A stretch of 63,885 nt of DNA, filler included, from Asterionella formosa (lineage: Eukaryota), in the NCBI GenBank assembly GCA_002256025.1. It is 8 parts of 8 records of this genome, joined end to end, with 100 filler letters (N's around TTAATTAATTAA, not from the genome) between each part and the next. Parts side by side here need not be neighbours in the genome. Positions count along the whole stretch, not along the records: positions 1 to 26,694 come from NKIB01001646.1; positions 26,795 to 28,435 come from NKIB01001651.1; positions 28,536 to 55,193 come from NKIB01001652.1; 5 more parts are not named here. One strand, 5' to 3'. A program made the translations under genes and the position numbers. The notes under the pieces were generated by a model. The model worked only from the letters and a program-made list of their open reading frames with translations, ran no database searches and was not told where the DNA came from. Within the stretch, counting starts at the first letter, position 1. Each line of letters opens with the position of its first letter. Positions 22,151 through 34,200 of the stretch are shown here, piece by piece.

Positions 22151-22940
22151 AACAACCTTCCTTCATATTCCGATTGCAATGCGTTGGGAAACAGCCAAAA
22201 TAGTACCGTTTCTAAATGTAAATGAGAAATAAACTAAATACATGAAGACAATAAAATTATGCCTATTACTAGCTCATTCACTTTGGGGGATTCAGATACA
22301 GCTGTTTTGTCATGACAACTCTCTGATCACACAAGGCACAGATTTCGATTTCATTTCATAATCAATCTGCCAGTGGTACAAGCTGCATTCATATTTGATC
22401 CAATTAAAGCCAACATCGTCAGTGACCAATGATGGCAAGATTATGCAACTCAAATCAATGATATTATTATATTTAAAATGAATACCGGTAAGAGGAGGCA
22501 TAGCAAACAGGAGGATGCATTGCTATGAAAATTTGACTTTTAAAAATTATAGTTAAATTTTATTTTATGTCAGATAAGTAATCGAAAATAATAAGAATAT
22601 CATAGTGCAACGACAATATTATACATCAAATCACGAAGGAATATTTGTGATAAAATAATTTTGTCACAAATTAATTTGGTATTTTGAAGCACGCCCAATA
22701 ACAACGATTCTATTGATGCTCAGTCGAAAATACTACACTGTCGAAAACCTGCCCCACCCTATTTTAAATTGGCCATTGAGCACAAATCACGACGACAAAT
22801 CTATCAACGGGCTGATTAATATATGCCGGCACTATATTATTATCAATTTTTTGCTTCTTTTATCAGCATCCAAAGGTGGACACAAACGTTTCATTGCAGT
22901 GTACCTTTCTGTTATTAACGAATTGGAATCCAAAAACCCT

Positions 22941-23465
22941 TCATCCGGCCCATTCGATTCGCTTCAGCTCTTGGAGGATAGCCGCATTGGCAGCGTTGAA
23001 CATCGCTCCGACACAATGGTCCGGTAGTTCGTCGCTCACTTCTCGTGACAGCTTGGAAATTACGGCGGCAACTTCCATGTTGTTGTCGATAAGGCTTGAC
23101 ATGCACACATTTCGTTGCGCCTGTTCTACCTTTCGCCTAATCTTCTTTGAAATCGTCGAGCTACGGTAGTGCGTGTGCAGAGCATCGCGAAGGGCTTGAC
23201 CAACCTTTTCTCGGGCTAATCGGTCTCCCACTTCTCTCCAATGTCCAGAAACTTCGTCCTGTTTGACAAAACCTCCGTTAGGGCTACTAGTTCGGACTGC
23301 ATCAACAATATTTGACACAACAATGGATTTCTCGACTTTGCATGAAGCATCTGCATAAGCATGTAAAAACATTTCCACAATATCTCGAAACTTTCGGTTT
23401 CCGGGGTGTTGAAAGCATTGCTTGCCTCGTCCGCAAATCACATCATCCTCATTCAGACTGTTCAT
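22941..23465 (-). CDS. DUF6824-domain protein (diatom-expanded family), 174 aa
   Basis: DVICGRG..HPGNRKFR...GGFVK...GHWREVGDRLAREKVGQALRD signature. Confidence 0.9.
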   Translation of the reverse strand: MNSLNEDDVICGRGKQCFQHPGNRKFRDIVEMFLHAYADASCKVEKSIVVSNIVDAVRTSSPNGGFVKQDEVSGHWREVGDRLAREKVGQALRDALHTHYRSSTISKKIRRKVEQAQRNVCMSSLIDNNMEVAAVISKLSREVSDELPDHCVGAMFNAANAAILQELKRIEWAG

Positions 23466-24176
23466 GGTTTCGTTGAAATGGTTTTTCTCGCTATTAATAT
23501 GGTAGAGGTTTGTATGGGTTTGGAAAGGAAAATATGGGTAATGGGGCCAATACAGTTTTCATTGTCTCAATTTCTGGGTTGGTTCGGATTGGGTCAAGTG
23601 TGGACACGGTGGTACCGGTATGTATCACATGATATCAACCCATGAGCGGAATAATTACAAGATTTCTCCGAATGCCCCCCCCTGCCTGGAGTTCGATATG
23701 ACCAAAATATGGAAGGCAGAAATCGACGAGTCATAAATCGATCAGCTGAATCTGTGTCCAAATCTGTTGTTATAATTTCAGGTACCTGGTACTAGGTCCT
23801 GGTACCAGGTACCAGTGGTTACTTTCGTACGCACGATCGACTTTGTCTTGGGAAAGGAATACCGTACAGCGTAAGGACCGTACCAGAACAATGAATGCTA
23901 TATAAATCATTCCAGTCCTGGTTTGATCACAAAATCGGACAAACACGAAAACAACGGACCAATTACTTATGAACCAGTACCGGTATGTTAGTACATACTG
24001 GTATATGTGTGTATTGCAGGTCACCAAACAGTACAATTCATTTCTATGTAATGCAGGGCAAGACAAAATCTTTGGATTCTTGTCATCAGGATAGAACAAT
24101 TGTGACCTTTTACATGCCATCAGTTTCACCAGTTTAAAAGTAGGAATCAGGTATACTTTTCAGAGGAAACTGGTAC

Positions 24177-24480
24177 CAGTAAAAAACTGCCATGACCCAT
24201 TGAGATTTTTTTGTACTGCTCTAACCCAATGAATACAGAATAACACATTTTGCTATCAAAACTTACATAAATGTAAATTCTGAGATTTCTGGTTCCTTCC
24301 CATGCATATAGGCTAGTCAGCTATGCAATTAGTTTGAGATTTGGAGCAAGTTGTTCATCTTGATAGATTGCCTGAAATGGTCAATCAACCAAAAAACCAT
24401 GAAGAACATGGATTAGGGTAAGTTTAGAAGTCCCTGCATCATATGATATTTAATGATCAATATAAAATTTTCGATATTGA
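24177..24480. mobile_element. Diverged partial copy of the MITE A left end
   Basis: ta|ccagtaaaaaactgccatgaccc...aacacattttgctatcaaaa colinear with 17413-17500; right boundary approximate. Confidence 0.6.
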
Positions 24481-25196
24481 TTGTTTGAACCTTATGTTCA
24501 TGTTTTAAGTAACTTATATAGCATAGTAGTGTGGTACAATTGGACTGCAGCAACCATCAGCCAGAGGCCAGCTTCGTTTCTGTATTGTTCATGGTTTAAG
24601 TAGCTCATGTAGCTAGCATAGTGTACAATTGGAATGATGCCACCATCAGATGCAATTAACAGTTGGTACCAGATTTTTTCTCTGTATGGTTGTTCTTTGC
24701 TGTTCTTCAACAAGTTTTGGAGTAGACTTGTTTCACTTCAAGCGTGACCCATGATAGACTCACCATATGTTGAATTATAGTCTGCCTTAGAGTTTGTTTT
24801 TGACTTGGAGTTGAAAAATCAGCACTTCATAAATTTGATTGCATATCTTGAAGCAACTTGTCTTTCCCTTCTTATTTATCTTTAATATTGCCGGAAGGAG
24901 GAGCGCAAATACCACAATGAACCCTGCAAAAAGGGCAGCCTTGGGCACCTTGAAAAAACACTGTCCGCAAATCTCTTTATTCATCCGTCATCATTGAGCA
25001 CGAAAAAGACCAGGTTGTAGTACTACTAGCCATGAATATTAGGAGTGGCAACGTGCTTCAGCATAACGGAGCGAGAAGAAAATGTCGTTGATGGAAATCC
25101 TTGACATATGGATGGTAAGCAATACTGGGGCACTGTTCACACCATAGGAAAAAAATAAAACAATCCCTTTTACTCCAGCATCGCTGCCAGTTAACC

Positions 25197-25426
25197 TTTT
25201 TGGGTGAGAGCAAGCCATTTCTCTAATAAGCATGCAAATCTTGAAATTTTCCGGGAATTTATATGCTGTCATTCATGCCTAGACATATTTTTACATATAT
25301 AACTATTATTTATAACTATAAATAAATTTGGTCAACAAAAACACAAATTTTTGGGTTATGAGTACAACGATTTGTGTTATAAAAATGGACATGATATTAT
25401 ATCTTTTTAATTTCGAAGCGCGCCCA
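25197..25426. repeat. ~230-bp repeat, inverted relative to 20535-20760
   Basis: Reverse-complement match as described for 20535-20760. Confidence 0.75.
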
Positions 25427-26694
25427 CTATCAACTAATTTAATGTAAATAACAAAATCATTCACCAGATAATTCGGAGTGCTCATATCATTTCAGCATGA
25501 AATAATTCAGCTGAAATGACGTAAGAGATCATAATCTGAGTACCCTGCAACTTGCGGTCATTTTGCTGAAATGGACAACTTGATGCAGCCCTGTCAGGCA
25601 CTCAAAACGATTAAAAAGAGAACAGGAGTAACTGTGTACCAGTAGCCGTCTTGAGAGGTAGGAGTACGGTAGCTATGCATGGTGCATCATGTCGTCTCTG
25701 CCTTGACCATGACGAAAATAACGAATATCTCCATGAAGAATGAGAACGACGCTTTGCTATTGGGTACATAAAACTTAGTATGTTTTATAGCCCATTCGTA
25801 CTTCCCTATTTCGAGGCAAGTCTGTCATTGTGCTACCTGCCGACAAGACCTGTGCATCCCTAGTTTTGTTAGCATAGGTGAGTCCGTCTGTAAATAAAAA
25901 ATATCATGAAAATATGATCAAGGGTATTGTACGCTAAGTTGCACAGGATTTTCACATATATGATAGTTTTTCGATCAAAAATATGATCAATGTATCATAT
26001 AATTATGATCATGCAGTAAACTTTTACCGAGCTTGAAGTATGATGAGACTACTATCATAGTTATAATACCATTGCATCATATAATTAGTTAAACATGGTC
26101 ATATGATGTGTATACTTTTGTCATACATCTATCTTAGCATGATCGTAATTCTCATCGATATCACTGTCTAAAATAGGATGAAATTGATCGAAATTTAGAA
26201 CTATATTTAGCTAAGAATGGTTCTATGATTCTATCATATCTTAAGTGGCTACAGAATGTTCTACAATGCTCTCATCGCAATGATTGTTGGTTCCGCTTTC
26301 ACTTCCACCTCCCCCTCCCCCAATCCAATTCTGAAGGTTGTTGTACTGGTTGCCTTGCCGTTGTTCCCCTGCTTGCTTTGTTCCATTTACTCCTGACGGA
26401 GCGATCTGAGTTTGCATTCACGCATTTTCCTATTACTATTTAATCCGTTTCGTTGTCCCAATCATACTAACAAAGAGAAGCAATTCATTGTTAGCTGTTC
26501 ATGTTTTGCTTACACAACAACATTCATTTCGCTTCTATCTTCACTTACCACAAATTGAGGAAGTAACTGATGCATATTTCTGTAGAAGAATGTGTCAGTC
26601 GAAGATTGAATGAGAAGCAAAGTATCGATCAATAAATGGGCTCCAACACTGCTGTTTGTAGCTTACAATTACTGTTTGTCTACCATTATCCTGA

Positions 26695-26794
26695 NNNNNN
26701 NNNNNNNNNNNNNNNNNNNNNNNNNNNNNNNNNNNNNNTTAATTAATTAANNNNNNNNNNNNNNNNNNNNNNNNNNNNNNNNNNNNNNNNNNNN
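26695..26794. other. Artificial contig spacer (N44-TTAATTAATTAA-N44); same spacers at 28436-28535, 55194-55293, 56933-57032, 58672-58771, 60410-60509, 62148-62247
   Basis: Identical 100-nt spacer whose 12-mer gives stops in all six frames. Confidence 0.97.
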
Positions 26795-26948
26795 ACACGC
26801 CAAAGATTGGCATTTGGTGGCGCAGGGCGTCTTCTGCGGATGTTTCCGTCCGAATTATTGTATCTATGGCATCTCCGACTCGATAAGAAACACAAGCAAA
26901 TGGAAGGCAGGAAAGAATAGAAAGGACAAAGGCAAGGAAACGCGGCAT
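26795..26948 (-). CDS. 5' part of a secreted/membrane protein gene, truncated by contig end
   Basis: MPRFLAFVLSILSCLPFACVS signal-peptide-like start, then YRVGDAIDT...QMPIFGV, open to the gap. Confidence 0.55.
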
Positions 26949-27330
26949 GTTCAGGACCTGTTTCCCTTTTTTGATATCTGAAGGCTGATACACCTAAAAT
27001 ATTCATAATATAACTAGAGGTTATTTATACCAAGTCTGGACTTGAGTCCAAAGTCTGACGCCACCAAGTCAGACTTGATGACAAATAACCACGGTTATTA
27101 TAGTAAAGCAGTATATACCAAGTCAGAAACACTTTACACTATTATACAGTGATGAACATCAGTATAAACCAGATTGTCGCTCACCATCATCATAGTCTTA
27201 CCGGTGGTACTACAATACAGGCACCGATATGGTAAATTCAATATTGTAGTAATCCTATCTTCCATTAAAATCGCAAAACAATCATCCCAATCCATTCCTC
27301 CTGCTCCGAAGTCGTCATCATCGTGATCGT

Positions 27331-27370
27331 GCTCATGCTCATGCTCATGCTCATGCTCATGCTCATGCTC
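27331..27370. repeat. (GCTCAT)n microsatellite
   Basis: About 6.7 perfect hexamer units. Confidence 0.9.
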
Positions 27371-27605
27371 GAGGCATAAATTCACGCCTTGTATCATTTG
27401 TCATTGTGGATTTTTTTTAGCAGGAGTGCGATGAGCCTTGGCTTTGCAGAACTTTTTCAAAAGCGACTGCTGTGAGAGCCACACCTCCTCGTCGTTGCGT
27501 TGTTGCTACGCAACCACGTCGTCTTCATGTTATCCTTTGTTGTATCTTTTTGAATGCACATTCAAATACAAATGCAAGAAACGTTGGCCTTTTTGGCACT
27601 TTGCT

Positions 27606-28435
27606 TGTTGTAACAACTACCGTATTCGACCGTATCGTAGGCCTTGAACCTAGTACTGTGTTAATCGAATACAGTTGATGAAATTGATAGCAACGAGGAA
27701 GTTGTCAAACTTAAACTTTACTAACTGGATTGTTTCGAGATAATGGTCTCGAAACACTCTTATTACTCACACTGCACTTTAACATATTTTCTTGACCTCT
27801 GATTGCTTTTCCTTGCGTGGTGCCTTTTACCACGTCAGCCCAGGTAACTCTTGTTAGCGGCTGTACGGTTTTAACTGTAGTACTGTACTCTCTTGTGTCT
27901 ACTATACCCTTCACGCCTGTCCTGTGGCAGTCAGCTCGAATTTTTCCAACACGCTCCTCGGCTGTTGCCAGGGAACTGGCAGTCAGGGTATCGACGTGCG
28001 CAGCTCCTAGAAGCACATTTCGGAATGTTCTGAACAGGTTTCCTTGCAGTGGTTTCGTAAAGAAGTCCCCCAACATTTCCAACGTTGGACAATGGCGAAT
28101 GGTGATTCCTTCATCTACCGATCGATCCTTAATCCAGAAATAGCGGATGTTGATATGCCGAGACTTTGGCCCTGCCGAAATTCGTCCGTTCTTCTCGAGT
28201 TTAATTGCGCTCTCGTTGTCTTGTTCGAAGAAACTTTCTTGAATCTTGTATCCCTGTGCTTCAAGAAACATTTTTACCCACAGCGTGTTCGGGAGATAAT
28301 CGCTGGCGCCCACAAATTCAGCCTCCGTCGAACTCTTTGTGTTCAATTTCTGCTTGGTCGACTTGCATATGATGCCTCCAGTTCCAAAAGACATCACGCC
28401 ACCGGTGTGGCTCTTCATGTCAGGGTGCACGGCAA
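27606..28435 (-). mobile_element. 3' end of a Ty1/copia (CoDi-like) retrotransposon: RNase H, PPT and probable 3' LTR (27606-27951)
   Basis: KSHTGG, KQKLNTKSSTEAE, QDNESAI, SRHINIRYFW, MLGDFFTKPLQG; minus-strand GAGGAGCG then TGTTG...CAACA (346 bp). Confidence 0.88.
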
Positions 28436-28799
28436 NNNNNNNNNNNNNNNNNNNNNNNNNNNNNNNNNNNNNNNNNNNNTTAATTAATTAANNNNNNNNN
28501 NNNNNNNNNNNNNNNNNNNNNNNNNNNNNNNNNNNGATTTGTGGTAAGTGAAGCAAGAGGATACGATGGAATTGCGTGTCGTTGTTTCAATGTAACATGA
28601 CTACTAGCTAACAAATCATTCCTTCTCATTGTTTCTGTAACTGCATAGGACCATAAAACCAATCAAACAACGGAATAGTCGGCGAGTTCAGAGTGACACT
28701 AACAGCAGGGAAAGAGACGTAACATTAGTAGGCCCTGCCTGACACATGATTCAGAATAGAGGAAGGAAAGGACAAGACAGGAACAATATACATTGAGAA

Positions 28800-29140
28800 A
28801 ACTCACACTGATCTTCCTCTACATTCAATTGACATTGCAGCAAACCCTTTCAATTCAGGAGCATTCGGATGAAATCCAAAAGAACTCTGCGATACAGTTG
28901 AATGGTGAGTGTGTTCTTGTTGTTTACCTAAATGCTAGTATGGCTTGTCAGCTCACGCATTGTTGTTGACAACAGGCAGGGACAATGAGGTCCGGAATGA
29001 ACGTTGTTCTGGTAAGATTACTGCGCTATTTTGATGGCTATATGAGCAACGCTACTGATAACTCACACTGATCTTCCTCTTCATTCAATTGACATTGCAG
29101 CAAACCCTTTCAGTGCAGGAGCATTCGCATGCCATTCCGA
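28800..29140 (+). repeat. Duplicated intron-end/exon unit (28800-28878 and 29060-29138); remnant of a multi-exon gene
   Basis: aactcacactgatcttcctct.cattcaattgacattgcagcaaaccctttca...caggagcattcg twice; GTGAGT and GTAAGA donor-like sites and CTCAC branch-like sites between. Confidence 0.55.
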
Positions 29141-29489
29141 ATGAGCAGGCTTTATTTCATTAATGAAACTCTTTAGTTTAGTTGAATGAACTCCAGAAAA
29201 TTACGTAAACAAATGTTACATATTAAGTGAACTTTATTCTAGAATTATGTGAACGAAATTACAGAATTACGTGAAGTATTTCAAATAATTATGTGAAGGT
29301 GATCACATAATATAGTGATGATCAGGAATGCATTCATGATACTTTGATCAAATATTTAACGTGATGTATTCAGATAATATATAGATACATTCAACTACGT
29401 ATTTTGATGTATTCAACTAATTCATGTGATGCATTCAAAATCAACTAGGCTTATTTATGTGATGGTCACTTCACGTAATACGCGGCTTA

Positions 29490-30388
29490 GATGTTGGTGG
29501 CAAGTTTTTGCTCCGGTGATGCATCTGATGATGCTGCCTGAAAGGATACTCTACCGGTAGTCAACATTTCTACATACGTACGTGGTACCTGGTACTAAAA
29601 ATAATGCATGGTTTAAGCTATACTTTAACGCTTACTTTGAACACGTTATAATATTATCTCTGTAGACTCGGTATTTTTTTACGAGACCTGAAATGTTGAA
29701 TTATATCGTTCACATATTCATTGATTTTACCTACCATATGCCCGATTTTGTCCTCACAAATATAGTTCTCACTCTATCTTGCCTGCCTTTGCTCTATTCG
29801 GGCTTGCAATAAGCAATGTTCGTCTTTCTTTCTTGATCCCATTGTCTTCTGCTTGTTATGCTAGTTAAAGCGGATCGCTGAGTACAAGAGTGAAACACTG
29901 AATGTGGATTTGATTGCTTCCGTGGTTTTTTTGATCGCTTCCATCGTTGTTTGTCGTTACGCACTGTCGTTTTGTTTCGATTGTACATATCTCCATAAGA
30001 ACCAATGCAATTATCAATGACTACTCATTGAAGATGTGGTATTGTGCCGTCAATATTGCCGCCAAGCAATGCTTTTCTTGTACTAACGCGCTTTGCTACA
30101 TTTCTACTACGAGTTCGTATCAGAAGCTACATGAGTACTCAGCTAGATAGAGTCAATAGTGCTGGAGCAGTGTGGCAATCACGCTTGCTCAGAATGGAAT
30201 GATCAGGGTTGCCTGTTAAGTGGGCGGAGAGGAATGACTGTGGCGGAAATACTGCTACTGGTGTCAGACTACTTAAGCGATGCAAATGGTTACAGCAACC
30301 AGACAATTGAAGCTAAATAACAATACAGGTCTACATTGGGTTGAGCTTTTTTCTTCTTCTTTCGGTCTTCAATTGTATGGCGATGGAA
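29490..30388. mobile_element. Partial copy of TIR element family T
   Basis: Colinear with 61172-62147 and reverse complement of ~9760-10540. Confidence 0.85.
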
Positions 30389-31257
30389 AGTCAATGTTGC
30401 CTGTGTAAGTACTACAATGATTCACAATGCATACGTCTCCAATGGAACTCTTCTTTTTTTATTTCATTTCTAACACAATTTTTTTCTATTTCTCATATGA
30501 TGCTACTTATTACATCGCATTTCATACTTTGGTTGCTCCAAACATCATGTTCAATTTTCATTGATGTTGCATGTTACTATCATTCTCGTTTGTTTTACGC
30601 TTGTTGTACCATCTCTATACACACCGTATTACCGTTCTTGTTTTGGTTGTCAGGCTAAAATCGGCAATTTTATTGCCGAAAAATTCGATATGCCCCATAT
30701 TGCCCTTAAATAAGAATTACTTAAGAAATTACTTAGAGACTAAAAATTACTTTTAAGTACCCGAATGGCAAGACGATAGCTGGAGCGGGAATTTGCTCTT
30801 TGAAAAAAACACGCAGCGAGGTCTGTGCATCAGAAGGATACGACATGCACATACTGAACACAAGAAAGTTTTCGACGTACTTACAACATATCGAGGAAGT
30901 ACGGAGCGAGTTTCCCGTTTCCTTACCACCCAATGCCTCATATTTTATGATTTTAGGCTACATAGCTATTAGTAATGCACCACACAGTTTAAGATCATTA
31001 TTTTATGAATAACTATATCTATACCGGAAAATACAGATATACATGTAGAGCTATTTAAAATCGAAACTATCACGCTCTTGTTTTTGGGGTCGCGGTCCGC
31101 AGCATACTAATTGCGTGTTGTTGAAATTCATTTTTTAATGTGCTCTCACCACACTCCATGTTCTATAAACTACCGGTACCAATATACCTAGACTACATAG
31201 GTAACATACAATAACCACCACATTCCATTCCACTCTGAGTTTCATTCCGTATCGCCA

Positions 31258-34200
31258 ATGTCTACCATGTTGAAACATGCTGCAATGACAGTACTAAGTA
31301 AGACATTGCAAACATTTCTATACAAATATTTATTGGAAGTCGACGTGGAAGGTGTTGCAATGCCAAGTTTATTATCATCTGATGCATCAGGATGGGGAGT
31401 ACGATTGTCCAATGTTCAATTACGTCATGGTGTCATGTTGATGACATTGCCAGGAACCAAGCAAAGACGATGTGGTCAGAAGAAGCCAAAACCACCGGAC
31501 AATGACAGTACAGATGCAAATACAAATACAAATTCAACGAATAATACAACTTCTCAAAACGAGAAGGAAATGACAAAGGACACTCCATTTCTCAATCAAC
31601 AACAACAAAAGCAATCCACAAATGGCAATGACGAGAATACTACTACAATTATGAATTCAAACATGTCCTCGAGAGCACCAACTCCTCCCGTGAAATGTTC
31701 TCAACAAATGATGTCGTGTTTGAATCGAGATCAGACATCGGCATCTACAGCAGACTCATCCGAAGATGAAGCTGTAAATGGTATGGTTCCATCAATAGTG
31801 CGAAGAAATTCAAGGACAGCATTTATGCCCATTCCAACAAAACCTACTACTCCTACTACTCCTACTCCTACTAAAACATCTGCTGACCCATTGATACAAC
31901 ATAATGTTGCCTTTGATACAACACAATTGAAACAAGATCATGCCGAACATTTTATAAACAACAACAACAAAACGACAAATAATGAAAATGAGTCAACAAA
32001 CGAACAAACCAACAACAATGAGGAGGAATACGATTGGATGGAACAAGAAATGGTTTTGAAATTAGGAACTGGTGGTCGTATTGGAACATTAGATATACGA
32101 TTGGTAGGAAAAGATTTGCATATCATGGTAGAGGGTGCATGTTTGACTGTGGAAGCTTGCCCCAAGGAGGAGGAAGAACAATCCAATACGGATACAACAA
32201 CAACTTCCAACAACAATACAACCGATGATACAGAAGACCAAAAGACAAGTGGTGGTGGTACGAAGAAAACAAAACCACCCACGACAAATTCAAGTTCAAG
32301 CAGTAGTAGCACAAAGAAACAACCATCAGAACTCAACATGGCCGAACGAATTTTGGAAAATTCGGTCATTGCCAAGGCACTTTCGGCCATTCCTCATTTG
32401 TTATTACGAGATTGTACCGTTCGGTTGATTGTGAGAGAAAACAGTGACTCCTTCGGAAAGGATGTTGGACCAGAAGATACGGTGGTTGAATTTGGAGTCG
32501 AATTATTTTCTGTTACTAGTGGTGATGACTTTATGGAAGGCTTTGGCACTGACGAAGAGAAGGAAAAGCAAGCCTCGGATGTCGCGGAACAAACGGAAGC
32601 ACCACGGAAACCATCATTGAAACGTTTGGAGGAAGAAGATGAGAATGAATATCTATTGAAAAGGATCCGAACAGGCAAAGGACATGAAAGTGGTATTTCC
32701 GTCAAGGTTTACCCTCCTGCTGGGAAAATTCGGGGACCAACTGCAAAACCAGCATCACCGGCATGGGCCATCCATTCCTATCTAGAGCGCTCCAAGTTTT
32801 GTTTCTTTCGGTGTTCAGGGCTGGATATTCGTGCACGAATATACTTGGGTAAGATAATGGAGATTGCTCGTCGGAACAACGATTATGCGTGGTACGGAGA
32901 AGAATACGATGAATATACCATTGATTCCATGCTTTTTGGAGTAGATTATATTGCGCCTGGTCCACCACCACCTCCACCTCCTCCGCTGAATCGAATTGTG
33001 TCGGATGGTTTACACAAGAAACGAGCTACTGGAACGGAGTTGTACACGATGGATGAAAATGGAGTCCAGTCTAACAAAGTTCGCAGTGCCTTCCACAAAG
33101 TTGCCCGCGGGTTGATTCCCACCCTTTGCAAAAAAAATCATTTGCCGGGTGATCATTGCCCATATTGCTGGGAAAACACCGCACGTCCCAATTCGTATTC
33201 AGTACATCCGTTGGATTCCAAGACTCCTCTACCTGGCGTAGTATTTAGCTTGTCACTCCATGAACCATTGGAAATCAATGTGGACCGCTCCAGTCTCGAG
33301 GTCTTGGGTAACCTCAACTCACTATTTACTAAAAAGGAAGATCCTGCCCAGGTTCCAACCAGCTCGTCCGCGGAAAACACGGGGAACAATGCCAAACACA
33401 ACAACGAAGAAAAGAGTGGAAGTAAGAAATGGAGCTTTGGACGACACGCTCCACCTAAGAAAGAGTCATTGAAAGATGCCTATCCGTCTTATATGGTTCC
33501 AGAAAACATTGAATTTATGGGAGTGTATTTGTCCAAAATTATTCTACGATTGCACGTAATGCGTGGCGATGGTCGCAAGGATACTCACTTATCGTTTCGA
33601 TATTGGGAAACAGTGGCAAATTGTGTCACAGCAGATCTTCAGTCCATGAAGGCAAAACAAAAGGTATTCCGGGATGTGCGACTCGGTCTAGGATTCTTTT
33701 CGATGACAGAATTTCGTGGTATCGAAAGCAAGAAACTGATTTCTTTGGGTCTCGCCTGTGAGAAATCACTGTCGGAAGCTGACTCGGCAACCACAAAACT
33801 GACTTCAAAGTCATCGTGGCCATCTATGGCGGCACTTCTTTTGCACGTCCCGGCCACTGCAGAAAGCGTCAAATACGAGTCGAAAGAAAAACATGGAATG
33901 CAGATGAGATACGTGTCTGTACTTTCCAAAAGTAGTTCTGTTCATGCGGAACGATCCAGTGTCAACATTCGACTCGGTGTTGCCATAGTTGCCACCAATT
34001 ATTCTGTTATTCAGGACGTGTCAAATATTGTTAGTCAATCCACGCAATCAATTTTCGGTGTTCCCCGAACTCAATCTATTCCACAAAAGAATAGACAAGA
34101 AAACGCTGTAGCGGTGGCAAATGACAAGAATCACCAGTCAAGTGGTTTAGTTTCGTCATCACTGATGCAGTACAAGGTACAAATTGATGGTGGATCGTTG

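Noticed and set aside
26260..26694. Downstream exons of the gene starting at 26948
   Set aside because: Splice-like signals exist on the minus strand but lie on a different contig and give no clean frame
26739..26750. TTAATTAATTAA as a biological motif with ~1739-bp periodicity
   Set aside because: Artificial six-frame-stop spacer between length-sorted contigs
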